Source: Toensbergia leucococca (lineage: Eukaryota). Taken from it: a DNA stretch of 64,000 nt. Both the position numbers and the translations under genes were made by a program. Positions 1 through 12,206 of the stretch are shown here, piece by piece. The stretch lies in NCBI GenBank assembly GCA_022813965.1, contig JALDZS010000089.1, forward strand, positions 1-64,000. The letters are read 5' to 3'. The notes under the pieces are model-generated. The model was not told where the DNA came from and searched no databases. It worked only from the letters and a program-made list of their open reading frames with translations. Each line of letters opens with the position of its first letter. Within the stretch, counting starts at the first letter, position 1.

Positions 1-141
1 CAAAATAATACCACTTCAGTCACTGATGTTGCTTTGCAAGACAACACCACCTTTTATGGATGGATACAACGTGATACTATAAAGCATCTATTAGAGCAAC
101 AGCTGGAGGGTGGGAGGGAGACGGTTATGTGGCTTTGCTGA
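1..141 (+). CDS. Possible 3' end of an upstream gene (partial, unknown product)
   Basis: Frame 1 is open from the window start to TGA at 139-141 (QNNTTSV...ETVMWLC*); no recognisable motif. Confidence 0.25.
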   Translation, partial: QNNTTSVTDVALQDNTTFYGWIQRDTIKHLLEQQLEGGRETVMWLC

Positions 142-654
142 GGTCTTGAGAAACATGCCTGGAGATAGAAAACTGGAGTATGCCGTTGAAAAAAATGGAG
201 ATTTTGGCCCACGTCTCCCGTGAAGAGAGGTTTGAAAGATTGTTCTAACCCAAATCCCCGCTGCGAAGAATACTATTGGTAGAACGAGACTTAACTTGAA
301 AGAGAGAAATGAGCTGTGACACAGTTAATGCCTCGGTATTTCTTCTTTGAGACGTGGTTTGGGCGTACGGGGTTTGCGAAGCTTGTTCTGGCTTTCTTTG
401 ATACTACATAAGGCCATGGGAGAGTAAATGCTGTATCGACTCCTTGGTACGTCGCTCGTAGCTGAAAACAGTTGTATCTTTCAAGGGAGATCTTATTGGC
501 GTTCTCAACTTTGAATTCCTGTTGGATGTTTCGCGATTATCTTTTTAACATCGTCCGAGGGCTTTGTATCGCCTTGAAGACAACATTTAGCCTTATCAAA
601 GCGTCCAGAGCAGGACTAGATCTCTTGCTGTCAACCCCTGAAAAGGGTTCCAGA

Positions 655-1891
655 CTAAAATGACCTCCTCCTGTAACCCAAATATGCCTTCCAAGGCAAT
701 TTCCACTCCCGTCTCCTTAGCTCCTCCCGGAAAACATCAAAGTCCAGTTTCTGAAGTTTCTCGAGCCATAAACTTGTCGCCACAGCGGGCATAAGCACCC
801 CAAATGCTCGCTCAATGTCCTCGTTCTGTACCTTGTTCACTGATGTTCCTGGGTTCTCTGAAATGGGAAAATCATAGTCGTGCCCGTCTTCCCCTTCGTG
901 CTCAAAGGCGTGGTCCACGTCCTCGCCCGCTCGTACGTTTTTAAGCATTTGCCGTGCGGTGATAAGGTGGTCAGATGCACGAGTTGCGACTTCGAAGACG
1001 GCGTCGCGGAGACCAGGGGCTTCGGCCCCGAGGCGAAGTACGTCTTCATCACGGACGCCGGCTGAGGCCATGACGTCCAAGGGAAGAGTGACCACCCCTT
1101 GGCGAGTACGCTGGATATCGAGAGAGCCACCAGTACCGGGACTGTTAGAGTGTTGGTTTGGAGGCGGGGGAAACGCGAGGAGGGGGAGACCGCGGAGGAC
1201 GGCGGTGATACCTGCGGCTTTGCCGATGTGAGAGGCCAGGTGGTCGGCCGTGAGCGAGGTGAGAGGCAGAGCAGACAAGGTGAGGTAGAGGAGGGTTGAG
1301 TAAGTGCTTTCGGCATAGGATTCTAGGGAGGCGAGGGAAGGGTAGGGGGCATTGTTCAGGTATTGCTCTCGGGCGGAGATGATTTTCAGAAACCAGGGTT
1401 TGCTCATTTTGGAAGATCCATTTGTTCGTCTTGAGAGGTCGTCAAGCGAGTGTGCTAGGAGGATGGCTACGGGTTGCTTGGGAGGGGAGCCGGCGAAGGT
1501 TTTACTGATGTTGTCGCGCCAGAATTGGAGGCGCATTGCTCCTACAGTGGGGTTAGAGACTGTGTCTGCGACTCGGGCGATCTCGATATTGAAGGCGCGA
1601 ATAGCTAGGTAAGCGATTTGGGCTGCGGGGGGAATAAAGGTTTGTAATGTGTAGGAGGGGGAATCGTTTTTCCTGGGTGAGGAGAAGTGTCAGTCGAATG
1701 AACGGATATCATGGGCTATTGGCGGATTACTGCAGCAGACCAGCACAATAGGCTTTGGCTGATTGGACATCGGCTTCAACTATGTTGCTAGTAGTGGAAG
1801 TGCTATAGGCACAGTCTGAGAAGGCGGAGAGTGCCTTTGAGATGGGCAAACGTGTGTGTTTTAGCCACGGTTTTATACACGAGGAACTCAT
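655..1891 (-). CDS. Squalene/phytoene synthase-fold complex I assembly factor (NDUFAF6-like), 2 exons
   Basis: RLQFWRD, LESYAESTYSTLLYLTL and HLASHIGKAAGI motifs; ATG at 1891; intron 1730..1673 (GTAATC...CTGAC...CAG); N-terminus resembles a mitochondrial presequence. Confidence 0.85.
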
Positions 1892-2511
1892 GGTATCAAA
1901 AGATCAATTGAAGTGGGGGTCAGCCATTGGCGTATTGTAAGCTCGTAGCCATGACACCTACTTGAGCTTGAAGGCGATACAGGTGTCGATATGAATACTT
2001 GACCAGGGTTGGTGGCGGTGGACATTTAGCGGTAAAGATGATTGTGCGGCCGATGACATTATTGATTATTGAAGTTGACATTGACAGCTTCAACCAATCA
2101 AATGTCTCGAATATCAGATTAGAATACAGCTAGGGTCCACCGGTCCAAGCTCCATCCACCGCCATATTCGACTTCTCCTCTGCAGAGTACTCTACACTCG
2201 ATGACAAGACGTCAAGGGAGTTAGATCTCGATATGATGAAAATGCTTGTTCATTTCAGAGATTCGAGAGAAAAGAGAGAAAGAGGACGCGAAGTCATGCA
2301 AGATCAGTGTCAGACGGTCAGATTTGTGATTAGCCACTGTCAAGAACAGCTACTAATATGCCTCCACAATCCTGCCGCCCCTTTCTTACAAATATGGTAC
2401 GCCTAACTAGGCACCATAATCAAGGATCTCGATCCATTTATCTTATTCTTCTCTTCAATAAAGCACCCTTCAGCAGTGCTAGATATCACAAATTCTCTTT
2501 AGCTCTCCCTA

Positions 2512-3291
2512 ATGAGTCCATTCACAAAGTCCACGTGTGATGATACGCTCAAGTCTCCTATCCAGTCTTTCTATAAATCTTCGCCCGATGCTCCCGAGCC
2601 AGCTAGGATCCAGCGACTCCTTTCAATTCTCGACTTGCAAAAGCATCCCGAAGGCGGATACTTCGTAGAGACAGACCGCGATCCATTGCGTGTCCCCAAT
2701 CCTTTTCAACAACACACTAACGGTGCAGCGATACCGCAGCCAGCTTCAGCACACGGAGCTCAAGACGATGATTCTACTCGTTCTGCTAGTACGACAATCT
2801 ACTATCTCTTGACGCCTGGAAACCCAAAGGGCGCTTTCCATAGGAACAAGGGGCGCACGATCCACACCTTGCATGAAGGACGAGGACGCTATGTGGTTAT
2901 ACACGCCGACGAACAACGGGAAGGTCAAAAAGCGAGGATAGAAACCTTCGTCGTAGGCCAGAATGTCGACCAAGGAGAGAAACTACAGTGGGTCGTTGAA
3001 GGAGGAAAGTATAAAGCCAGTTTCCTGTTGCCAGATACTGAGCATGGTATTTCCGAGCAAGGGCTGCTGATCAGTGAGGTAATTAAGAGCCTATACTACC
3101 TATTTGACCCTCGGTCTTTTGTTGTCATCGTCTCTGCTTACTCTCGTCCTTTTCAGACTGTTGTTCCAGGCTTTGAATTTCATGATCACGATTTCATGTC
3201 ACCGGAAGTGCTGCATGACTTGGTATCTGCCGAGCAGAGTAATGAGCTTCGCTGGCTGTTACGGACACGCGATCAACGGACGGAGCTGTAA
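2512..3291 (+). CDS. Cupin_5 / DUF985 family protein (YML079W-like)
   Basis: LQKHPEGGYFVET, STTIYYLL and ISE|TVVPGFEFHDHDF motifs; in-frame 78-nt intron 3079..3156. Confidence 0.88.
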   Translation: MSPFTKSTCDDTLKSPIQSFYKSSPDAPEPARIQRLLSILDLQKHPEGGYFVETDRDPLRVPNPFQQHTNGAAIPQPASAHGAQDDDSTRSASTTIYYLLTPGNPKGAFHRNKGRTIHTLHEGRGRYVVIHADEQREGQKARIETFVVGQNVDQGEKLQWVVEGGKYKASFLLPDTEHGISEQGLLISEVIKSLYYLFDPRSFVVIVSAYSRPFQTVVPGFEFHDHDFMSPEVLHDLVSAEQSNELRWLLRTRDQRTEL

Positions 3292-3748
3292 AATTACTGT
3301 ATAGTGACAGTTGGTTGTCTGCGAGTTCGTGGCTATTCCCTGTCCGTCGAGGCTCCTAGTGCAAACAAATTAAACTGGCTGAATCCATTTCTCTTAAGAA
3401 TCGTCCCTCGTATACAGAGCAAAAATGACATATGCTGCTCAAATTATTGACGGCCTCGCAAGCACCACACCGCACCAAGTAAATCTCAGCCCAGCATTCA
3501 CAATTCATGCAATACCGAATACTCATTTCTTGTTTCTTTGCATCCTGGTCTCAAAAAACCTCAAGTTTGATCCAGATTCCAAGAGGCTGTTTACCGAAAT
3601 GCAGGAAATGAACGCAGGCACGAAGCATCAAAGCCTAATACGTAGACTTATCAAAAGAATCCACAGCACATGCAACACAACAGACCTCGGAATATATCCC
3701 ATCCTCTACAAAGCCCCCATCTATTACTCTCAGAGAAAAATTTGGATG

Positions 3749-4140
3749 TCTAACCTAACCCAAAACCAAACCAAACCTCTCCACCACCCTCAAACCACCC
3801 CCCCCCAAAAAAAACCCCCCACAAAAAAACCCCTCAAACCCCACCCCATATCCCCAATCCCCAATCCCCAACCAGCTCACCCACTCACCCCAGCCCCTTC
3901 CCCTTCCAAAATCCAACTAGGTAAACCCAACTCCCACCCCCCCAACTCCCCCCCTCACAAAACCAACTCCTCAAAATCCTCACACTCAGCCCCAAAAAAC
4001 GCCCAGACCCAGAACGCCACGCCATCATCCATCACAGCCGCAGCCTCAAAGTCAAGATATCGAAAGCCCTCCCTCACCAATCCCACCAATCCCCCCCCCC
4101 CCCAAAAAAAAGAAAAGAAACCGAGAAACTGACACACACA
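3749..4140. repeat. Low-complexity C/A-rich tract (G-free from ~3749 to 3873)
   Basis: Runs of C and A, CCCCAAT repeats, C12 run near 4092; it generates the spurious P/K-rich ORF 3425..4132. Confidence 0.7.
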
Positions 4141-4627
4141 ATTACCGCAACCGCCTTAAAAAGCGAAAGCAAAACGAACGGTGTCAACGGAAACGATAAA
4201 TAGTAGGCGAGGCTAAATAAAAAGTTCCAAAATGAGCGGGTCCCCTAGGTACCTAATTTTCTCAGCTTTTCAAATCTCGCTGGACGGTGCTGGTGCCGCA
4301 CGGATACGATAGCCGTCAAGATATGTAAGAAGAAAAGAAAAAAGGAACAGTATAAAACTACTCAATGTACAGCGTACACAGCACGAAAAACGAACGCAGT
4401 TCCGTGAATCAAAACAGGGAATCTTGGATATCAGATATAAGAAAGAAATTCAAGCCCGATGCATCGTTGAAAAAGGAGGACCCCACAAAAGAAAACACGC
4501 CAAATCCATATTCTTGGCCGGTGCGGCAGACACGCATCTAACCTGTCTATAAAATACTCTAATCACCCACAAAAGTGCCGCCACTGCTCAAGAGCCCCCC
4601 ATAAGAGGCACAACCCAACAAATCCTC

Positions 4628-5771
4628 TTACCCCACCGCCATCGGCCCTACCCTAGACTCCACGTCCGTCAAAACGCCTCGATCTTTCTCCGCATCTCCA
4701 AAAACCGCACCCCCCTGATCCTGCCTCGCCCAAAACTTCAAATCGCGCAACTCAAACTTGAAATCCGCCTCGTGCCAGTAACCCCGGAAGCAGAGTGCGG
4801 GATGCAGGCATGTGAGGCACGCGCAGGCGATGATGACCATGGCGCCTTCCAGGATCATGAAGGTGATTTGGTCGTTGAAGAGGGCGCCGTTGAAGCCGGC
4901 GGAGAGTTCGATGACACGGAAGATGCTTCTGATTGTTATGGTCAAAACGGCGATGAAGAGGCCTGTGGGGGTTGTTAATTTGGGGGCAAGAGGTCTCGAA
5001 AAAGAGGTGGGATTTAACTTACCGAATAAGAATGCCTTGAAGAGACGCGATTGCACGAGATTAGTGTACCTTGGATTCCAGTTCCCCCTACCGGCCCACA
5101 CTCTCCAGGCGAACTCGGCGCAAAAGCCCGTGAAGAGCAGCAGCGAGAAGACCTGGTAGCTTAGACCTGCTATCATGATGTTCTTTCCCAGGGCGTTGCT
5201 AGAGCCGGGGGCAGCTGTTGCGGCGATACCGCCTCCGAGGCCTTGGAGAACCAGACTGAACAGGTCACAGCTGCAGAAGATGAGCGTGTAGGTGCGAGGC
5301 TTGAAGCGGGAGAGATGAGTGCCGTAGACTGTTACGATACGTGCCAGACAAAGGTAGATGGCAGCGGTTAGGAGAGCGGGGGCGATGGTGACGCAGATTA
5401 GGTAGATGAGAAAGGCATTGTTGTCGAAGGGATTGCTGTGTAGCATTATACGGCCAGCATAGCCGATTACTTCGAGTATCTGAAAGCGAAGGTCAGCAAG
5501 CGCCAATCATACATTTGAAATTATATTCGACGGTAGACTTCACCAGACCGAGTAACATAGCGCCCATATATCCCCACACCCGAAAGCGTATTCCAAGCAC
5601 AGATTGCCCAATGAAGAAGAGAGCAAAGATTGCCAAGTAAAAGGCGTTGCCTGCGAGATTTGGAATATACGTGAAACTTGCCAATGACAGATCACAGGTC
5701 TGTAACGTGCAGTATTGAGGATTGATGATGAGAGTTTCGTTCCCGCCATTGGTGGTTGTTAGGTTCGACAT
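4628..5771 (-). CDS. RTA1-like (Rsb1 family) multi-pass membrane protein, 3 exons
   Basis: LEVIGYAGRI, IAPALLTAAIYLCLARI, CDLFSLVLQGLGGG and IRSIFRVIELSAG motifs; ATG at 5771 (MSNLTTTNGG); introns near 5543..5481 and 5022..4963. Confidence 0.92.
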
Positions 5772-6949
5772 GTTGAAGGCGAGGAGAAAGCTCGAAGGGT
5801 GGAGAGGATGATGCTTCAAGGGAGATAAATAGAGATATAAGAAAGCAAACGGCTTACACGAAGAAAGATGGAATAGAAAAGGAGACTCTTCAGGAGCTCG
5901 TCAAGTGACAAGAGTGCCTATTTCTGACAGTCAAATGTCTAAAGCTCGAGAGAACTGAAGACTATAACCGGTGCACTTTTTCCATCATTGAGAAATGGGT
6001 TTCATGTAACGTCCCAAATGTCAGCTCACCACGTCTAGCAATAAGCTGCGTGGACCATTTCGTGGCGGAGGGCTTGGCAGTAGCAGCGATTTAGTAGTTG
6101 AGGATTGCGGCTGCAATTGCGAATTTTGCAATTCTAGCGCTTACTCCTTGGCTAGACTAATTGAGAGATGGGGTCATTCTTGACAGAAGACTTGGGGAGA
6201 GGGGGACTTTCGCAATTGCGAATTCGGGCCACCTTGTAAGTTTGCACTTGCGGAAATACACGAGTACGAGGCTTAGCTCAGGGATTTGTTGCTTGTGTTT
6301 GTCAGGAATATGAGAAAGTTGGATCATATTTTGAGACGATGGGAATGCTTCGACTTCTTCTGATAGCTGTGTGTATGAAATACTGTGCGCATGTAAAAAC
6401 GCCAAAGAAATAGAGATCTTGGGAATTTGATTTCAGCAGCAAGATACCTATTGGGGCTTTGCATCAACGTCCTAGCCTCCTAAGTAGATACTTTGGGACC
6501 TTGGGACGCTTAGCATGGAGCCTACCTAGATCGACAAAGTAATCTCGATGTCCATTACAGACATAGCGCAAGGGTTCATTAATAGATGGAAATATTGAAG
6601 CATTGGAGTCTGCTGGAGTGGATGTGTTGTAGTCCTTGAAGCTGGGCGGCAGATGGACCCAATCTATGCATTTGAGATGTGGGAGATTCCAAAATTGAAG
6701 CAGACACTAAAGAAGCAGGTACTATAGATCAAGGGAAGCACAGAATAGATCAAGTTTCAACAATTAGGTTTTCTGTGAAGTGAGCAAAGACTCTGCAAGA
6801 TCGAAGCACAACCACCGCATTCGAGGATTGCGCTAGAATAATCTTGCAGCAGCCCCCCACCAATTGAAATGTGAAAAACGGCTTACTTATCACAGCCTCA
6901 ATCGGTCTTGTAAATATTGTGTCTAGATCGTCAGTAAAACTAACCGCCA

Positions 6950-8101
6950 ATGCTCGCCCCCAGACCCTCCCTCCGCCTTGCCCCCCTTTGCTCCTCCTGC
7001 CGCCGCCTCCTCTCCAACACCCCCTCCCCACCCCCACCCACGGCATTCGCCAAACTCACCACCCGCCGCCTAATTGCCCTAACCGGCCAAGACGCCGCCC
7101 ACTTCCTCCAAGGCCTCATCACCCAGAACATCCGCCCCTCCGCCCAAACCGGCATCTACTCCGCCTTCCTCAACGCCCAAGGCCGCGTCCTACACGACGT
7201 ATTCATCTATCCGGCCTCGCACTCACCCGCTTACAGGGAGACCTTAAAAGAGGGTACCGATGCGGGGTTCTTGATCGAGGCTGATGCGGGGGAGGTGGAG
7301 AGGTTGGCGGGGCATTTGAAGAGGTTTAAGTTGAGGGCGAAGGTAGGAGTGAGGGTATTGGGGCAGGGAGAGTGGGGCGTTTGGAGTGCTTGGGATGAGG
7401 GAGAGAGGTGGGTGAAGCATGGGATTGGGGAGGAGACCGATATCAAGGATGGAGGAATTGGGTGTGTGGACCTGAGGGCGCCGGGGATGGGAAGACGCGT
7501 TGTGCTTCCGGGAGAAAATGTGCCGGAGAGTTCGGGACAGGAGGTTGGGGTTGAGCAGTATTCGATCAGGAGAATCTTGAGGGGCGTGGCGGAGGGGCAG
7601 GGGGAGATTGGCAGGGAGACGGCATTGCCGTTGGAGAGTAATGTTGATTACATGGGCGGGATCGATTTTCGGAAGGGGTGCTACGTTGGGCAGGAGTTGA
7701 CTATTCGCACACATCATACGGGCGTTGTGAGGAAGAGGATATTGCCGGTGCAGATATATGGGGACAGCGTGGCGCCCGAGAGGATGGAGTACGAGCCGCT
7801 CAGTCGGCCGGGAGTGCCGCCGCAGGGGACGAATGTAACGAGGGTCGGTGCAAAGGGGAGGAGTGCGGGGAAATGGATTGGAGGGATTGGGAATATTGGG
7901 TTGGCACTGTGTCGGCTGGAGGTTATGACTGATGTGGTACTGACCGAGGGGAGCGACTGGACTCCGGAGCGGGAGTTTAAATTCGCCTGGGAAGGAGAAC
8001 ATGAGAGAGAGAGTGGAGAGGTCAAGGTCAAAGCTTTCGTGCCGAGTTGGCATCGGAATCGAATTAGTGTGCGAGACGTTCAGCGAGAGAGAAATACTTG
8101 A
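6950..8101 (+). CDS. IBA57: Mitochondrial Fe-S cluster assembly factor, GcvT/YgfZ family
   Basis: FLQGLITQN, AFLNAQGRVLHD and signature KGCYVGQELTIRTHHTGVVRKR; Arg/Ser-rich presequence; intronless. Confidence 0.95.
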   Translation: MLAPRPSLRLAPLCSSCRRLLSNTPSPPPPTAFAKLTTRRLIALTGQDAAHFLQGLITQNIRPSAQTGIYSAFLNAQGRVLHDVFIYPASHSPAYRETLKEGTDAGFLIEADAGEVERLAGHLKRFKLRAKVGVRVLGQGEWGVWSAWDEGERWVKHGIGEETDIKDGGIGCVDLRAPGMGRRVVLPGENVPESSGQEVGVEQYSIRRILRGVAEGQGEIGRETALPLESNVDYMGGIDFRKGCYVGQELTIRTHHTGVVRKRILPVQIYGDSVAPERMEYEPLSRPGVPPQGTNVTRVGAKGRSAGKWIGGIGNIGLALCRLEVMTDVVLTEGSDWTPEREFKFAWEGEHERESGEVKVKAFVPSWHRNRISVRDVQRERNT

Positions 8102-8235
8102 GAAGATGAATGTGTCCATGTTTGCCCAATGTGGTTTTGGACGAGTACAAAACGCCAATGCTGTTCCTCAGCTGGGTATCAAAGAATGCTCAAATTGACT
8201 TCACCGCCACAGATATCTCAAAGGAAGTATACGTC

Positions 8236-9441
8236 TCAAGCTTGATTCGCCTCCGCCGCTGCCGCTTCTTCGTCCATTTTCTCAATCTCGGCTGCTAGAC
8301 GTTTCTTCTCAGCATTTTTTAACCGGATCATCGTGATCTCTTCCAAGCTGGGGCTGTCCACTCCGACGCCCTTACCAAACGGCGAGCTTTTTGGTGTGCT
8401 GAACGCGGCTGACGAGAAAGAGGAGAAAGAAGGAGCTTTTCTCAGGCCGTCCCCTGCTAATCGCGGCGAAGGAGTTGGTGTTGAGAATTGATTTTCCATG
8501 TTGAGAAAGCTACTATGAGGTGTGGAATTACCATTACTAGCAGGTGTCGAAGGAGTAGATCCTGTTTCATCGTCATGGGGCTGAAACCCGTTGATGAGTT
8601 CGGGTTCCTTATTAGCAGCCCAGAATACCGAGTCAATAATGTCCCACTCTGCGCCATGTAATTTCTTGACATCTTCAACAGCGGCGTGAGCACCCACAAC
8701 TGATGCGAAGACAATGACACCCGTGGCAATTAGCTTCTTTTGTCTCTTTTCACCAATCCGCAGCTTTTTATCCTTGAGTAGGAACGAGTTCTCAACTTTA
8801 CCGAATTCGGAGAATAGGACTACAAGGCGCTCTTTGTTCAACGACTCGCCAAGACCTTCTCGAGGCCATCGTACCCTGACAGTCCTGTCGATCTCCGATA
8901 CGGGCGTTGAAGCCCCATTTCCGTGATTTGCAAAACTCGATTGAGCGTTCCGTTCCGGCGTGCCGTTACTTGCATCGGCTTCTTTTTGCAGATCTTTCTT
9001 TAGCATGTCCTCCCTCTCCTTCCTTCTCCTCTTCCCATCTTCTGCTAATCGCCTGATCTTCCTCTGAAATAGCTCTTCATCATCCTCTTCCTCATCTCTA
9101 CCATGCTTGAATCCTTTTTCCCTTGCCTCCAGATCCTCCTTCATCCGCCTTCTCTTGCCCTCAAACAACTCATTCTGTCTCTTTTTCTGCAACCTCGCAG
9201 TCCGTGCATTGTCATAGAGGACCTTGATGGACGGATCTGACAACAAGTCATATCCTATTTGGGCAAGATGAAATTTTTCTTTTGCCACGGGATCATTGCC
9301 AACTTTGTCGGGGTGATATTTGAGTGCTGTTTTCCGCCATGCTCGATCGATGTCTCGTTGGGAGGTCTCAAATGTGATTCCGAGGAGGGTGTAGAAGTCT
9401 GTGTCGGAGGTGGCGTAGTTTTTCAGGTCATCAGAGGGCAT
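8236..9441 (-). CDS. CWC23: J-domain splicing factor Cwc23/Cwf23 (DNAJC17-like)
   Basis: N-terminal J domain with HPD, coiled region KRRRMKEDLEARE, RRM-like region, C-terminal SLEEITMIRLKNAEKKRL. Confidence 0.88.
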   Translation of the reverse strand: MPSDDLKNYATSDTDFYTLLGITFETSQRDIDRAWRKTALKYHPDKVGNDPVAKEKFHLAQIGYDLLSDPSIKVLYDNARTARLQKKRQNELFEGKRRRMKEDLEAREKGFKHGRDEEEDDEELFQRKIRRLAEDGKRRRKEREDMLKKDLQKEADASNGTPERNAQSSFANHGNGASTPVSEIDRTVRVRWPREGLGESLNKERLVVLFSEFGKVENSFLLKDKKLRIGEKRQKKLIATGVIVFASVVGAHAAVEDVKKLHGAEWDIIDSVFWAANKEPELINGFQPHDDETGSTPSTPASNGNSTPHSSFLNMENQFSTPTPSPRLAGDGLRKAPSFSSFSSAAFSTPKSSPFGKGVGVDSPSLEEITMIRLKNAEKKRLAAEIEKMDEEAAAAEANQA

Positions 9442-12206
9442 GGTGGGCAGGGTTTACAATCCCTAGCCTAGCTAATATTCATCACCCTGATCCACATCCA
9501 CAGTTTGAGTGTAATAGCAATTCGAGGGGTACCAAATCAGTGGCTGTTAATGCGCGGTCAGTATCCGCAGAGTAGGGCACAATAAAGGATTCATTTGTGC
9601 AGTCGATCGGATATTAAGATATTCCGCTCCGCTCCGCCACTCCCGCTTTCTTCAGCCACAAATCCTCGAATGACGTCTCGTTCGTCGATAATTGATCTTT
9701 GAGTGATGTGCATCAATTTAACAAAACCCTCAATCATACGGAGTCGTGACTTTCCTCAAGATAGACAGCGACAGTAGCCTCCCAGAATACGTCTCTTCAA
9801 CTAAGAGAAGTAGTGGCGGAAGATCATCCTGCCATCGTCAATGTCAATGCCATTGCCTTCGCCAAAGACGCCTTTATCAGTATACTTTATCCTGGACTAT
9901 CCTTTGAAACAAAAGTTGCTAGCAGTAGGAAACAATAGCTTACCAACTTTTCAGACCCTGCATCATGGTATATGAAGATAATTGACAAGGCCACTCGAGA
10001 GACCATCAGCTATTCCAAATGGGAAATCAACCTCCATTCAGCTGGGCAAAGCCCAGATGAAGAAGGAGAGAATAACGGGAAATGTTCAGATGGCATCAAT
10101 AGGGAGTTAGTGACAGACCTTGCACAAAAAATTCGAGAGATTAGGCATGAATGAATTGGCGATCGTCCACATATCGGTAAATCCTCACTCCACTAAATAC
10201 GACTTAATCAACATTTCGAACGGTACCTAAGACTTCTCTTGTGCCCCCGTGAAGTTCTCAAAGTATTGGGAACGCTCCCATCATATCGCGGCCGGGGTGC
10301 AGCTTCGATCACTTTACAGTGGGCTACAAAAATGGCTAATACTCAAAGCCTAGTCTCTCTTGGCTCGAAGCTTCACCTGCAGGACTTCATTGTATGAGAA
10401 ATTTGGATACAGCACAGTAAAGGAGGTGAAGACAGATTTGCAGAGGTGTGGCGGTCGAGACACATATACACATGTGTGCATGATCCGAGAACCTCTTCAG
10501 CTTCATTCATGAACTAGAAAGTCATGGCAAGCAGATCGCCGGATGCCTATCTCCAGAATTATAAACTGTTTTCTCTAGGAGCTGCCTTTATCCCTAAACA
10601 GCCGAACCTAGAGTCCAGTGATTCCATTAGTATATTTCATTATTTCCTTCAGTGCACGAATAGGTATGCTACATTCCGATTATAGCAATATTGCCTGATT
10701 TGTTGGGATTGGTAGACTTGTTACTCTGCTCTCCGCATACGCGACCTTATCATTATCGAGTCGAGAAGTGTACCCGCAAGCATCCTCATTCAGATGACGG
10801 ACATATGTCTCAAGGATGCAACGTAATGATGAAAAAGATCGTAGCGAAGGCAAATATGAAGATAGAGGTGGAATGAGACTTGTGGTATGAAGATGGATGA
10901 TCTAAAGATTATTGGTATGATAATCACAAGGCGGATGACATGGGTGTACTGAAGATGATAAGGGATATGAGAAAATTGGTAACGAAGTGTACACGGTACC
11001 TGCTCCTTACTATATGAACCTGATTTCGCTTCTAAGAATTGAGGGATAAAGTCATGATTCAATGATGAGGTTCTCGAAGATCAGTAGCTGATTGTTGGCT
11101 GTTGCAAGACATTGACAAGCTTTCTGAGCAATGCCGTCGTGGGAATTACATTGTTATCAGGGTTCGAGTCGATCCACTACCTGCTCCATTATACCACTCT
11201 ATGATGGGCAATTTATTTACAACGAAAACAGGTATCAACGCTTGCGCAATCTCGAGGTTATCCCTGGCACCGCTCTCGTCCTAAGGACTCTATATTGACT
11301 GCGCTGTGAAGAAGAATATGTATATTTGTACCGGGGTTTCTTTCAAAAGAGAAGAGGGATCTGGTGAAACCTGTAAATGCACAGGCTTACTAACAGCCAT
11401 TGAGGGCGGCTGTTGTGGTCGACTTCGCCCGAGCAATGACATCTCTACTCCATTCAATCATTGAATTTTAACACGAGGCAATAGTGTTCTAAAAAACCAT
11501 GATATATCTGGCATACAAAGACAGTACGGATCGACAAATCAAATAATACAGTACTATGAGGTTTACATATTCGCCTTGAAAATATTATCGAGCCCATGCT
11601 CTCTCCGAGGGTCCAAATTATGGATACACCCCGCTATGATGAGTTGTCGTCTTCACTGGTGCTCCGACAAGACGATCTTGCGCTGAGGGACGACTTGAAT
11701 GTGTTAGAACTTTCAACACGTGAAGCGACAATCGTGGGCTTCGAGGCCTGCATTCGGCAATGAGATTGAGCCACCCTGCAAAGAATCGATTGCCTCTGAA
11801 ACACTGAATATATGTTGCTCATGCTTTCATCTGCATTGCATCTGTACTGGATCTCCGCACTCCCGACCATGGTAATAGTTCACTAAATATGCCAAACTCA
11901 TATGTACTTCCTTGCATGTGCAACCGAGACAGCCGAAGCTTCTCTGATATATATGCCCAGCATGCGCATACGATGAGATAGAGTCCCTTGGATTCGTCTG
12001 TGTGATTGGATCCGACTGGGTCGAACTGCTGGGCAGGAAAATAGCATTAGGAGGACTTTGAATATCATATCGTACATATTTCAATTACAGCATCATCCCC
12101 TTTCAAGTTGATCTCATCCACCAACCTTTTATAATCAGAGGTAACCCAATCACATCTATACTCTATAGTTTTAACAGGCGCAAAGCAACATTACACTCTC
12201 GCCACG

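Noticed and set aside
655..1891. Terpene biosynthetic gene cluster anchored on the squalene/phytoene synthase-like gene
   Set aside because: It looks like the non-catalytic NDUFAF6 type, and neighbouring genes are housekeeping genes.
3079..3156. In-frame, stop-free introns (also in RTA1, RNR2, PTM1, VPS2) that look like protein insertions
   Set aside because: Canonical GT...AG signals are present and removal restores conserved motifs; common for short fungal introns.
3425..4132. 235-aa Pro/Lys-rich ORF
   Set aside because: Open mainly because C/A-rich, G/T-poor DNA lacks stop codons; no domain or motif.
7244..8158. 304-aa antisense ORF over IBA57
   Set aside because: Shadow frame of the G-biased codons of a real gene.
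11140..11180. GGTTCGAGTC resembling a tRNA T-loop/B-box
   Set aside because: No T-stem, cloverleaf or A-box around it.
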